DNA of 64,000 nucleotides from Candidatus Poribacteria bacterium. GTDB lineage: Bacteria; Poribacteria; WGA-4E; WGA-3G. Positions 41,801-52,019 of this stretch are shown in pieces. The notes beneath the pieces were generated by a model, which was not told where the DNA came from, made no database searches, and worked only from the letters and a program-made list of their open reading frames with translations. Each line of letters opens with the position of its first letter. Within the stretch, counting starts at the first letter, position 1. Location: assembly GCA_963663765.2 (NCBI GenBank), contig CAXXUA010000004.1, positions 448,001-512,000 of the forward strand, read 5' to 3'. The position numbers were made by a program, and so were the translations under genes.

Positions 41801-42265
41801 ATGGATCTTGATCTTCAGACATTAATACCGATAATTCTTGCAATTCTATTCATTGTCTTCGGTGGTTCACGTCGTCGCAAACCTGAGCAGCGACCACAAC
41901 CACAACCTGGTAACAACACAGAAGCGGATGTACAACCCGATGGTGATGTCGTGTTCCCTCCTTTCATGGAGAGTTTTGACAATTTTCCAGCAGAAAATGA
42001 GATGTCTCAAGAGGTAGTAGAGACCAACGAAGCGGAAATATCCGCAGTAACACAGGAAGTTGTACCAGATACTCCTCAAGAAACAATTCCAGAGAGAAAG
42101 CAAAGTGAACCACCTCCGGTGCCAGTGGATTCTCCAACAAGGTTACCCATAAAGTCGATACCTTTAACTTCACTGATTGATCCATCACCAGAGACTTTTC
42201 GTCAAGGTATAATTCTTGCTGAAATACTTGGTCGTCCCAAGACGCTTCGCAATAAGCGACGTTAA
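41801..42265 (+). CDS. YqfB-like membrane-anchored protein
   Basis: N-terminal TM, disordered linker, C-terminal RQGIILAEILGRPK; located after floA. Confidence 0.7.
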   Translation: MDLDLQTLIPIILAILFIVFGGSRRRKPEQRPQPQPGNNTEADVQPDGDVVFPPFMESFDNFPAENEMSQEVVETNEAEISAVTQEVVPDTPQETIPERKQSEPPPVPVDSPTRLPIKSIPLTSLIDPSPETFRQGIILAEILGRPKTLRNKRR

Positions 42266-42329
42266 TTATAGATTCTGTTTTTTTACGTAGTTTTCAAAAT
42301 TGACTTGATTCCACATATTTGAATTATAT

Positions 42330-44537
42330 TTGGAATCAAGTCAATTTATATTGTTCCTCTTCCTTACCAACAATCTTATGTTTCGCAGAATGTCTGTTCG
42401 ATTTTTTGTCTTTTCCACCTGTCTATTGTTATTTGCGATCTTTCCTATTTACTCTCAAGACAACACATTAGAACAACCTGAACAAAAACCAGACGAGAGT
42501 AAACTCCCACCTTATTCGCGCTTTCTGAATGGAATTAAAATATGTCTTGATCCAGGTCATGGTGGACAAGGACACATTCCAGACTACAAACGCGGACCCA
42601 CGGGTCTGCGTGAAGCGGAAATCAATCTAAAGGTCGCAAAGTATCTAAAAACTTTGTTGGAGCAAGCAGGAACTACAGTCATTTTGACACGCATTGATGA
42701 TACTTATGTGAGTTTAGCAAGACGTAGTGAAATTGCAAATGAAAATGAAGTGGATTTCTTCATTTCCCTACATCACAACGGAATTGACAACAATCCAGAG
42801 GTAAATTTTACATCAACGTGGTATCACGGTGATGCAGACGAATCCCGCACAAGTTTGGACCTTGCGCGCTATATACAGAAAGGTGTATCAGACGCGTTGT
42901 CCTTGCCTAAATCAACTCCCGCTGGTCTCTTTTCTGATAAGTTGATTGTGTCATCTGGTTTCGGAGTTTTACGTTTAACAAAATGTCCTGCGATTGTTTG
43001 TGAAGCATCTTTTTATACGAACCCAGAAGAAGAGGCACGATTGAAAAATGAAGAATACCTCAAAAAGCAAGCTTATGGATACTTTCTTGGAATTGCCCGT
43101 TATGTTGAAGCCGGATTTCCAAAAGGAGTTCTAATAACACCGAAACACGAAACCAAAATTCAGACGAAAACTCCTACAATCAAGATACAAGTAAATGACG
43201 GATTACATGAAAGAGGAGCGTGGATGTTAAAACGTCAACAGGTTTTTACAGACACAATCAAAGTCAAAATAAATGGTGTCAATTCTCCTTTTGAATATGA
43301 CCGAGAGACAGATATTATCACAGTAAACATCAAGGAACCGTTGCCCAACGGTATCAATACGGTTCAAACTGAAATGGTGAATCTATATGGAAACCATAGT
43401 TTACCAAAGTCTGAGCATTTTATAGTCGCACCCCCCGCGGATGAATTGCAACTAAATGTGTGGACAGATACGATGCCTTATAATGGCAAGGGATACGTTG
43501 GTATAGGGGTTACTGCACTTGATGCTGATAGACAACCGATTGCTAATGGTGAAATTATTACAGTAAAGACTTCAAAAGGCACAATCTCAGATACAGAAGT
43601 GGTTACTTTAGATGGAAAATCGCACTTTTATCTAAATGCTCCCAATACACCTGGGACTGCTTTGATAGAAGCGACTTATGGTGATACTCGTAATACTCAT
43701 TATATTTATTTCACAGATATTGGGAATGGAATTCTTCAAGGTCAGGTAATAGATGCAGAAACCAACGAACCAATTTCAGCAGCTATATTACAAGCCGAAC
43801 CCAACCTTATCACTATATCGGATAGTATGGGACATTATCTTACAAAAACTGATCCTGCCGCAGAACATCCCTATGAAACTGCCGTCCATCTGTCAAAAAA
43901 GGGGTTTTATCCTGCAACAAAACATATACTCATAAAGGCAAATAATGCAAATATCCTCAATTTGAAACTACATGCAATTGCGGATGGCGTATTCGAAAAC
44001 TTTGTTATAATTCTTGATTCACAGACACATTCACCAAGAATTAATCAACTAATTGGAAACTTAAATGATATGTTGGAGCTTGCTGGTGCTACGGTGTATA
44101 ATATCCATTCACCTGAACAGCAGATGTCAACGGAGGAGAGAATAAAATTAGTCAACAATATCAATGCAGAAGGTTACTACCTACAAATCAATCATTCATC
44201 AGCAGTAGAAGGTGTGTCTTCAGTAATTGCTAAACACAATCGCGGAAACCGAGATACTGAGATGCTATTGAAAGAAATACTTAAACAGTACAACTATACG
44301 TTCATTAAGACACCGATTGTCACGGTGCAGGATAGAGATACACCTATAATACAACAGACAAACAAATTGGCAATGACGTTTGAAATCCGATCTTTAGAAA
44401 AAACTGATACAGTCCCAGAACAAGAAGCGACTGCTATATTCATCGGTGCATGGTTGTTTTTAAAAGAGGAAACTGAGATTGAAAAAGAAAAAATAGAACG
44501 TTTTATGGTATATTATAACAGAATACGGGGTGAGTAA
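42330..44537 (+). CDS. N-acetylmuramoyl-L-alanine amidase (Amidase_3) with Ig-like domains and a degenerate second amidase-like domain
   Basis: LDPGHGG, EAEINL, FISLHHN, PAIVCEASF; true start may be 42378 or 42390. Confidence 0.85.
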   Translation: MESSQFILFLFLTNNLMFRRMSVRFFVFSTCLLLFAIFPIYSQDNTLEQPEQKPDESKLPPYSRFLNGIKICLDPGHGGQGHIPDYKRGPTGLREAEINLKVAKYLKTLLEQAGTTVILTRIDDTYVSLARRSEIANENEVDFFISLHHNGIDNNPEVNFTSTWYHGDADESRTSLDLARYIQKGVSDALSLPKSTPAGLFSDKLIVSSGFGVLRLTKCPAIVCEASFYTNPEEEARLKNEEYLKKQAYGYFLGIARYVEAGFPKGVLITPKHETKIQTKTPTIKIQVNDGLHERGAWMLKRQQVFTDTIKVKINGVNSPFEYDRETDIITVNIKEPLPNGINTVQTEMVNLYGNHSLPKSEHFIVAPPADELQLNVWTDTMPYNGKGYVGIGVTALDADRQPIANGEIITVKTSKGTISDTEVVTLDGKSHFYLNAPNTPGTALIEATYGDTRNTHYIYFTDIGNGILQGQVIDAETNEPISAAILQAEPNLITISDSMGHYLTKTDPAAEHPYETAVHLSKKGFYPATKHILIKANNANILNLKLHAIADGVFENFVIILDSQTHSPRINQLIGNLNDMLELAGATVYNIHSPEQQMSTEERIKLVNNINAEGYYLQINHSSAVEGVSSVIAKHNRGNRDTEMLLKEILKQYNYTFIKTPIVTVQDRDTPIIQQTNKLAMTFEIRSLEKTDTVPEQEATAIFIGAWLFLKEETEIEKEKIERFMVYYNRIRGE

Positions 44538-44539
44538 GT

Positions 44540-45541
44540 GTGCGTGTCTCATCAAAAATCACCAGATTGTATCTCAAGCATCCGTTCAAGATTTCACGTA
44601 GGGAAACAGACGCATTCCGTGAAGTGGTTTCCGTTGAAATAGACGGTGGGATTGGAGAAGCATCTCCAGCTAAGTTCTATGGTGAAACTGTACAATCTGC
44701 AGCAAATGCCTTTGAGAGTTGTTCATCAGCATTTGACGGTAACCTTGATCATATTCAAGATGTGATGCGAGAAATTGAATCAATGCTTGAAGGGAATTAC
44801 GCTGTAAAATCAGCAATTGATATGGCATTGCACGACAGGTTGGGCAAGAAACTTGGTGTTCCTCTTTACAACCTTTGGGGACTTAACCCCCAAAACACAC
44901 CATGCACATCCTTCACCATCGGTCTTGACGAACCAAATGTGATGGCTGAAAAAGCACGACAAGCTGAAAAGTATTCAATACTTAAAGTTAAACTTGGCAC
45001 TAATCGTGATATAGAGATTCTTCAAACATTGCGTAGAGTCACCGACAAACCGATATATGTTGACGCAAACACTGCATGGACACCGAAAGAAGCTGTGCAA
45101 AAAATAAGACAACTTGAAGAATATGGCGTTGAATTGATCGAACAGCCGACAAAGTCCGATGATATTGAAGGACTTAAATATGTCCGAGAGAATTCAGAAC
45201 TGCCCATTATTGCTGATGAAAGTGTAAAAAAAGTAAGTGATATTCCTGATTTAGTTGAAGCAGTCGATGGTATCAACATCAAATTGGTTAAATGTGGAGG
45301 TATTTCAGAAGCATTACGGATGATACATATTGCACGTGCCCACGGTTTGCTTGTTATGATCGGTTGCATGATTGAAAGTTCGCTTGGGATTACTGCTGCC
45401 GCACACCTGTCACCGCTCGTAAATTATGCCGACTTGGATGGTAACTTGTTGATTTCAAATGACCCGTATAGTGGTGTAACACTTGATAGTGGCAAATTGA
45501 TTTTACCTAATCGTCCAGGTATTGGTGTTTTAGCAACATAA
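44540..45541 (+). CDS. L-Ala-D/L-Glu dipeptide epimerase (enolase superfamily)
   Basis: KVKLG, VDAN, IEQP, ADES, NIKLVKCGG, GCMIES, DLDG. Confidence 0.92.
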   Translation: MRVSSKITRLYLKHPFKISRRETDAFREVVSVEIDGGIGEASPAKFYGETVQSAANAFESCSSAFDGNLDHIQDVMREIESMLEGNYAVKSAIDMALHDRLGKKLGVPLYNLWGLNPQNTPCTSFTIGLDEPNVMAEKARQAEKYSILKVKLGTNRDIEILQTLRRVTDKPIYVDANTAWTPKEAVQKIRQLEEYGVELIEQPTKSDDIEGLKYVRENSELPIIADESVKKVSDIPDLVEAVDGINIKLVKCGGISEALRMIHIARAHGLLVMIGCMIESSLGITAAAHLSPLVNYADLDGNLLISNDPYSGVTLDSGKLILPNRPGIGVLAT

Positions 45542-45572
45542 TTAGAAGGATATACATTTCAAAGTAGAAAAT

Positions 45573-46529
45573 ATGAGATTATACAAAAAACAAATTACAT
45601 CCAGTGAAAAACCGATTGCGAGTGGGCAATACGACATCGTATCAAAAACTGTCATTCAACAAAATCCTAAGGATTGGCTTCAGTTTGGTCTCGGCATTAG
45701 AGATGTTCAATTCGTACAGCTTCTTGAAACTGAACAACCTACTGTTAGATCAAATCGAGCTGATAGTTTTATTCAAGCGAATGTAAACGGTAAAGATGCT
45801 ATCATACATTTTGAATTTCAGACACGTGATAGTACAGAAAAACAGATGGAACACCGAATTGCCGGTTACGTAGGAAGAGGAATTGAAACCTATGGCATGC
45901 CGGTTTATTCACATGTCGTCTATTTGCACCCTGATGCGGGACGAAACGACCCCGGTGAATATAGACAAAAGGGACATGGATATAACATACATATCCAATA
46001 TAAGGTGATTAGACTCTGTGATTTGGATGGACAAAATATTCTTGATGCCAAAATCAAAGGATTAATTCCGTTCACACCTCTTATGAAGACTCCAGAAAAT
46101 ATAGGTACTGAAGAATGGTTTCGGCATTGTGTTCAAATCGCTACGTCAATTACAAAAAACGAGTCAGAACAGGCAGATTATCTTACCAACCTTGGCATAC
46201 TTAGTGGTATAATATTAGACTATGAAATAATAAGAAAAATCATAATGGAGGAAACCATGCAAGAATCTTCTGTGATCCAACACTTTACACAACAAGGTAT
46301 TGAACAAGGTATTGAACAAGGTATTGAACAAGGTATTGAACAAGGTATACGTGAAGGGACTATTGAAGCAATTCTTGAAGTTCTTGAGGAACAATTTCAA
46401 TCCAACGATGTTCAGTCATTGAAACCTATACTTAAAAATATTGAAGAACTACAACGTCTAAAGCAAATACTTCGCAAGGCAGCACGGGCAACAAGTCTTG
46501 AAACCTTCAAACAAACTTTAGAGGAATAG
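45573..46529 (+). CDS. Rpn-family recombination-promoting nuclease / putative transposase
   Basis: RADS...HFEFQT PD-(D/E)XK-type core; (GIEQ)n repeat encoded by 12-bp tandem units at about 46291-46348. Confidence 0.82.
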   Translation: MRLYKKQITSSEKPIASGQYDIVSKTVIQQNPKDWLQFGLGIRDVQFVQLLETEQPTVRSNRADSFIQANVNGKDAIIHFEFQTRDSTEKQMEHRIAGYVGRGIETYGMPVYSHVVYLHPDAGRNDPGEYRQKGHGYNIHIQYKVIRLCDLDGQNILDAKIKGLIPFTPLMKTPENIGTEEWFRHCVQIATSITKNESEQADYLTNLGILSGIILDYEIIRKIIMEETMQESSVIQHFTQQGIEQGIEQGIEQGIEQGIREGTIEAILEVLEEQFQSNDVQSLKPILKNIEELQRLKQILRKAARATSLETFKQTLEE

Positions 46530-46539
46530 GGGTTGAAAA

Positions 46540-47253
46540 GTGAAAACTATAAATCGCAATGTCCTTATCACAGGCGGCACAGGTATACTGGGTAGTGCAG
46601 TAACAAAAGCTTACCTTGCAAAAGGTAACACCGTTGCTGTAACATATCTGTTTGATAATGAGGTGGAACGTTTCAAGGAGTACAATCCTGAACTTAGCAA
46701 TGATGTTACTTTCCTTTTTGCAAACGTTACTGATGAAGCAGAGGTACAGCAAACCATCAAAACTTTCATCACGCAATTTGGCAATCTTGATATTTTGGTG
46801 AATATCGTTGGTGGATTTGTCGGTGGCATCCCAACTGCAGAACTTGATGAGGACAAATGGAACTTCATGATGAATCTCAACCTAAAAAGCGTTTACCTCT
46901 GTTGTAAGGCAGCTATTCCATATATGACAGAACAAAGTTATGGTAAGATCGTTAATGTATCTGCACGTGCTGGTTTGAAAGGTGAAGCGGGTTTGAGTGC
47001 ATATTGCGTGTCAAAAGGGGGAGTGCGGACATTGACCGAATCATTGGCTGCAGAAGTAATGGATTCTGGTATCAATGTCAATTGCATCATGCCGAGTATT
47101 ATGGACACGCCAATGAACAGAGAAGCAATGCCAGATGAAGATCATGACCGTTGGGTCAAACCTGAGGATGTCGCCAAAGTAATTTATTTCCTTACCTCTG
47201 ATGATGCATCTATAATCAACGGTGCTGCTATTCCTGTTTATGGTAGGGCTTAG
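46540..47253 (+). CDS. SDR family oxidoreductase
   Basis: TGGTGILG, YCVSK. Confidence 0.92.
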   Translation: MKTINRNVLITGGTGILGSAVTKAYLAKGNTVAVTYLFDNEVERFKEYNPELSNDVTFLFANVTDEAEVQQTIKTFITQFGNLDILVNIVGGFVGGIPTAELDEDKWNFMMNLNLKSVYLCCKAAIPYMTEQSYGKIVNVSARAGLKGEAGLSAYCVSKGGVRTLTESLAAEVMDSGINVNCIMPSIMDTPMNREAMPDEDHDRWVKPEDVAKVIYFLTSDDASIINGAAIPVYGRA

Positions 47254-47541
47254 AGTCTGTTTTCTAATCTTAGATATGTCCACGTCATAATCCCAATCAG
47301 GCCGTGGATTAACATTAACACCTTCCATTACCTGTGGAGGTTACTGTTTGTTTTTATCCATCCAAAATTCTCATCCCACCAAGTTATAGTGAATTCTAAA
47401 TTTACCTTTACAGTTCTTTTTGTGTTTGATAGGTTGTAGTCGAGCAATTCAATGCACCTCTTACATTGACCGGTAGGCGAGGTTTCTAACCTCGCCTGTT
47501 GCAGTGTATAAGTAATGATAAAATCTACTATAATTTCCTAA

Positions 47542-47580
47542 TGCCAAAAAAATAAGAATTTACTGCGTAAAAAATAAGCA
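47542..47580 (+). promoter_or_regulatory. Two NtrC-type enhancer-binding sites
   Basis: TGCCAAAAAAATAAGAA (47542) and TGCGTAAAAAATAAGCA (47564; GC-N11-GC), 22 bp apart, upstream of the sigma54 promoter. Confidence 0.55.
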
Positions 47581-47653
47581 ACTTAAATTTTAATTATTGT
47601 TTTCAATCCTTGAAATCATTGTGAATGCTTGCTATTAACCATTTCTAAGTACT

Positions 47654-47668
47654 TGGCACTAATTTTGC
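47654..47668 (+). promoter_or_regulatory. Sigma54 (-24/-12) promoter
   Basis: TGGCAC-TAATT-TTGC, exact consensus spacing, upstream of nasT. Confidence 0.8.
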
Positions 47669-47747
47669 TATATGATTTATGTCTTAGGCTTAATTATGAG
47701 TTTACACTCACATAGTATCGGATTTAGAAAGGTTTAAATTCAACAGG

Positions 47748-48350
47748 ATGGAAGCAGTCGCTGAAACACAGAATGTATTAATCGTTGATGAAGATGTGAA
47801 TCGGATAAATCAGTTAGACCAAGTCTTTGAGGCAAGCAGATATAACGTCATAGCGCATCTGACGCTACAGCAAGGTCTTCTGCAACAGGTCAAACAAGCA
47901 AATCCGGACATCATTCTGATTGGTGTGGAATCGCCTTGCGATAAGACTTTAGAAACCGTTTCTTCAATCAACCAAAATCATCCTTGCCCGATTGTAATGT
48001 TTGCACAAGATGCGCGATCTGAAACAATTCAAAACGCCACATTGGCGGGTGTATCCGCGTATGTTGTTGGAAAGCTTAGTAAGGAGCGGATCGAAACAAT
48101 AATAAAAGCAGCTGTTGCTCGCTTTTGTAAGTTCCAAGCACTGCAACAAGAACTTGAAAAAACGAAAACAAGTCTCGCTGAACGAAAAGTCATTGAACGA
48201 GCAAAGGAAATCGTTGCCCAACAACGCGGGACTACCGAGGCAGAAGCATATCAAACATTACGGAAAATTGCGATGGATCGCAGAAAACGACTCGCAGAAA
48301 TTGCCCAAGATGTCTTGTCAATCGCAGAAGTATTGACAAACAAGACATAA
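47748..48350 (+). CDS. nasT: ANTAR-domain antiterminator NasT (pseudo-receiver and ANTAR)
   Basis: Receiver-like N-terminus; LAERKVIERAK..E.EAY..LRK.AMD ANTAR motif; heads the nitrate operon. Confidence 0.88.
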   Translation: MEAVAETQNVLIVDEDVNRINQLDQVFEASRYNVIAHLTLQQGLLQQVKQANPDIILIGVESPCDKTLETVSSINQNHPCPIVMFAQDARSETIQNATLAGVSAYVVGKLSKERIETIIKAAVARFCKFQALQQELEKTKTSLAERKVIERAKEIVAQQRGTTEAEAYQTLRKIAMDRRKRLAEIAQDVLSIAEVLTNKT

Positions 48351-48389
48351 GAAATCTAATCATTACATTTTAGATTGAGATAAAGTGCT

Positions 48390-48520
48390 CGTTCAACGTT
48401 GAACGATGTTGCTAAATAAAAAGAGAATAACAAAGATATCCAACCAATGTTGGTTTGGGTTCGGACAGAGGTGTCCATCTGGCAAAAGCATTACGCTTTC
48501 TGATGGACGCTTTTTTGTTT
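48390..48520 (+). promoter_or_regulatory. ANTAR-target leader hairpins and intrinsic terminator (attenuator)
   Basis: Hexaloop hairpins with A1/G4: CGTTC-AACGTT-GAACG, AACC-AATGTT-GGTT, GGAC-AGAGGT-GTCC; the last overlaps terminator GTGTCCATC...GATGGACGC-TTTTTT. Confidence 0.8.
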
Positions 48521-48610
48521 TAACTTTTCATCAGTATTCATAAGATAGCAAATTCATATTCAGGTGCAATACTGACCGGATGCCACAGTATTAAAATTGG
48601 AGATTCAAAG

Positions 48611-50164
48611 ATGACCCAACTTGAAAAGAAAAAACCGAGATTGAAGAGAACAGGTTCCCCAAAGAAGGACAAATCCAAACTTCATCCCGCTGAAGCACTC
48701 AAACGTGAAAAAAACGGTCTTGAAGTGATAGATGACATTCCACACTACGTCCGGAATGGGTGGGAGTCAATTCCGCCAGAAAAACGCGACAGACTTAAGT
48801 GGGTAGGAGTGTTCTACCGTCGACAAACTCCGGGTGCATTTATGATGCGTTTACGAATGTCAAGCGGATTAAGCAACGCTGATCAATTTCGGACTATCGC
48901 TTCAATCAGTGATGCACATGGACCAGGGTTTGTTGACCTCACCACTCGTCAGCAGATACAACTACGCGGATTTACTATTGAAACCGTGCAGAACATCTGG
49001 AACCAACTTGAAGAGGTCGGGTTAAACTCACTTCAAACCGGATTTGACAATATCCGGGGTGTTACAGGTTGTCCCGTTGCTGGACTGACACCCAATGAGT
49101 TGTTGGATGCTTCACTTGTTGCAAAGAAGTACACTGATATAATCGTAGGCAATAAGGAATTTACCGATCTTCCGCGTAAGTTCAATGTTGGCATTACAGG
49201 ATGTTTGGACAACTGCACACACGCAGCATCTCAGGATATAGCGCTTACTCCTGCAGTTAAAGAGGTTGATGGTCAAGAAACAAAAGGCTTTAATGTCTTG
49301 GTCGGAGGGAAAATGGGTTCTGGCGGTTATACCCTTGCGGAAGACCTTGATGTGTTTGTTTTACCTGAAGATGCTGCGGCGTTGTGTGCTGAAATAACAT
49401 TGATTTTTAAAGATCACGGTCCACGCACAGTTCGGAACAAATCACGAATGGCTTTTTTAATTGCTGACTGGGGAGTGGAGAAGTTCAGGAAAGAGTTAGA
49501 GTTTCGGTACGACAAATCACTTTTAACAGCAGGCATAGATATGCGCGGTAAGAAGAAAACAGACCATACAGGCATTTTCTCACAGAAGCAGAAAACACTT
49601 AACTATGTAGGACTTGTTGTACCAGTTGGACGCATGACAACAGCACAACTTTATGAAGTTGCACGCCTTGCTGATGAATACGGTTCAGGAGATATACGGT
49701 TAACCCAAGGACAGAATCTAATTATTCCCAATGTGCCGGATGCAAGAATTGGCGAGTTAACGGCTGAACCGCTCCTACAAGAATTACGCTATGATCCGTC
49801 AGAGGTTATGCGTGGAATGGTCAGCTGCACAGGTATTGACTACTGCCACTTCTCTCTCATTGAGACCAAAGAACGTGCAATGGAAGCCATCCGACACTTG
49901 GAAGCGAAACTCGGCAATACCAAGCCTCTTACCGTACATTGGTCAGGGTGTCCAAACGGATGTGGTAACCACGCTGCTGCTGATATTGGACTTCTCGGTA
50001 GAAAAACCAAAATCAATGGCGTCGTTACTGATGCTGTTGATGTATTTGTAAAAGGCGATACCGGTCCAAATCCAAAAATTGCAGCAAAGTTATTAGAAAA
50101 TGTACCTTGCGATGATTTACCACAAGTACTTGAAGGACTTGTACCTTACCTATCAAAAAAATAA
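48611..50164 (+). CDS. nirA: Ferredoxin-nitrite reductase
   Basis: LTTRQ, LPRKFN, siroheme/Fe-S motifs CTGIDYC and SGCPNGC. Confidence 0.92.
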   Translation: MTQLEKKKPRLKRTGSPKKDKSKLHPAEALKREKNGLEVIDDIPHYVRNGWESIPPEKRDRLKWVGVFYRRQTPGAFMMRLRMSSGLSNADQFRTIASISDAHGPGFVDLTTRQQIQLRGFTIETVQNIWNQLEEVGLNSLQTGFDNIRGVTGCPVAGLTPNELLDASLVAKKYTDIIVGNKEFTDLPRKFNVGITGCLDNCTHAASQDIALTPAVKEVDGQETKGFNVLVGGKMGSGGYTLAEDLDVFVLPEDAAALCAEITLIFKDHGPRTVRNKSRMAFLIADWGVEKFRKELEFRYDKSLLTAGIDMRGKKKTDHTGIFSQKQKTLNYVGLVVPVGRMTTAQLYEVARLADEYGSGDIRLTQGQNLIIPNVPDARIGELTAEPLLQELRYDPSEVMRGMVSCTGIDYCHFSLIETKERAMEAIRHLEAKLGNTKPLTVHWSGCPNGCGNHAAADIGLLGRKTKINGVVTDAVDVFVKGDTGPNPKIAAKLLENVPCDDLPQVLEGLVPYLSKK

Positions 50165-50367
50165 ACTGAATATAACGATCAAATATTGGTAGGGTTGAGT
50201 AGAGTGAAACCCATAACTGTAAATTTAGCGAACACCAATAAGGTAGATACGGTTTCCTAACCGTACCTGGTTTATTCTGTTCTTGTAGGTTGGGTTGAGG
50301 AATGAAACCCAACCTACAAGAACATGAAGACCTAAATTGACGCTTATAGGTAAAGCAGAGCGAAACC

Positions 50368-50522
50368 CAGGGTTATTTAGTTATAGGTATTTTAGCTATT
50401 TCCTGAGAAAATCGCGACCGGCAAATCAACGGTATGAATGCCTGATGGCATTCCCCGGGTCGCTCCTACCGCGGGGTTTCTTTTTTTAAAAATCCAAAAA
50501 TTAGGAAAACTGAATAATCCTG
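50368..50522. mobile_element. MITE (CAGGGTTATT TIR family) within a REP cluster between nirA and narK
   Basis: CAGGGTTATTTAGTT ... AACTGAATAATCCTG, flanked by GCGAAACC/GCGAAATC; contains the 27-bp hairpin unit inside a GTAG-REP. Confidence 0.6.
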
Positions 50523-50575
50523 GCGAAATCCAACAACTACTGACAACTGAAAGGAAAATATAAAATAGGTGAAAA

Positions 50576-51931
50576 ATGGATATTAAAAATAAAGCAACAC
50601 AAATTAAACTGTTTAGTTTAAAAACGGTTCAGATGCGGACGTTTCATACGACATGGTTTGCCTTTTTCTTAGCCTTTTTCGGATGGTTCGGTATTGCTCC
50701 TCTTATGGCAATTGTCCGTGAAGATTTGATGTTAACGAAGACACAAGTTGGTAACACAATAATTGCCTCTGTTGCAATTACAGTGTTGGTCAGAGTTCTC
50801 ATTGGTCCGCTTTGTGACCGAATCGGGTCTCGAAAGACGTATACGTGGCTGCTCATTCTCGGTTCAATACCGGTGATGGGTATCGGACTTGCACAGGATT
50901 ACAAGACGTTCCTGCTATTCCGTTTAGCAATTGGCGCTATTGGTGCATCATTTGTTATCACGCAGTATCACACCTCAGTCATGTTCGCGCCGAATTGTAT
51001 CGGGACTGCAAATGCTACTACTGCAGGTTGGGGAAATCTGGGAGGTGGTGTTACCCAGATGGTTATGCCGCTTATTTTTTCGGTTGTCTTGAGCTTTGGA
51101 GTGAATGAATTTCTTGGTTGGCGATTGGCTATGATTGTTCCAGGAATTGCCCTCTTTATCATGGGATTCGTCTATTACTTCTCTACCCAAGATGCACCAG
51201 ATGGCGACTATAAGGAACTTCGCGAGCGAGGTGACCTTGAACCTGCTGAAGGCAAAGGTATGGAATCTTTCTTGCTTGCAATTACAGATTATCGCGTTTG
51301 GGCACTATTTTTTATTTATGCTGCATGTTTCGGCTTAGAACTTACCATTAACAATGTTGCCGCACTTTACTACCATGACCGCTTCCAATTAAATGTCCAC
51401 ACAGCGGGACTCATTGCAGGTTTGTTCGGACTGATGAACATTTTTGCACGCACTGTCGGCGGTGTTTTCTCTGATTTCTTTGCGAAAAACATGGGGCTAC
51501 GAGGACGTGTCCTGTTTTTGTTTATTGTCCTATTAGGTGAAGGTATTATGCTTATGCTGTTCTCGCAGATGGCACTCCTCATTTTTGCTATTCTAACTAT
51601 GCTTGTCTTTAGTTTTTTTGTCCAAATGGCCGAAGGCGCAACGTATGGTATTGTCCCATTTATTAACAGGAAAGCATTAGGAGCAGTTGCTGGTATTGTC
51701 GGTGCTGGTGGAAATGCAGGAGCAGTTGCTGCAGGCTTCCTTTTTCGGGCAGAAAGTATCACAACACAGCAGGCATTCCTTTTCCTTGGTGGAATGGTAA
51801 TTGTTGGTGCATTTGGAACGGCTTTAGTGCGGTTCTCGCCCGCAGTACAAGACGCCGAAAAAAGAGCATTTAATGCTGCACTTGCAGAAAAACAACGTCT
51901 GAAGGCAGAAACAGGGAATGTCCATGCCTAA
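50576..51931 (+). CDS. narK: NarK/NRT2 MFS nitrate transporter
   Basis: Nitrate signature AGWGNLGGG and AGGNAG; about 12 TM segments. Confidence 0.92.
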   Translation: MDIKNKATQIKLFSLKTVQMRTFHTTWFAFFLAFFGWFGIAPLMAIVREDLMLTKTQVGNTIIASVAITVLVRVLIGPLCDRIGSRKTYTWLLILGSIPVMGIGLAQDYKTFLLFRLAIGAIGASFVITQYHTSVMFAPNCIGTANATTAGWGNLGGGVTQMVMPLIFSVVLSFGVNEFLGWRLAMIVPGIALFIMGFVYYFSTQDAPDGDYKELRERGDLEPAEGKGMESFLLAITDYRVWALFFIYAACFGLELTINNVAALYYHDRFQLNVHTAGLIAGLFGLMNIFARTVGGVFSDFFAKNMGLRGRVLFLFIVLLGEGIMLMLFSQMALLIFAILTMLVFSFFVQMAEGATYGIVPFINRKALGAVAGIVGAGGNAGAVAAGFLFRAESITTQQAFLFLGGMVIVGAFGTALVRFSPAVQDAEKRAFNAALAEKQRLKAETGNVHA

Positions 51932-52019
51932 TAATGTGCTTAGTCTCAATTAGCGATTGAGGTTAAAAAGCAAATAGTTAATGAAATTGTGAATTTACCT
52001 CTATTCATGGGAGATATTA

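Noticed and set aside
46291-46348. 12-bp tandem repeat as a contingency locus
   Set aside because: It encodes the (GIEQ)n linker typical of Rpn-family proteins and is in frame.
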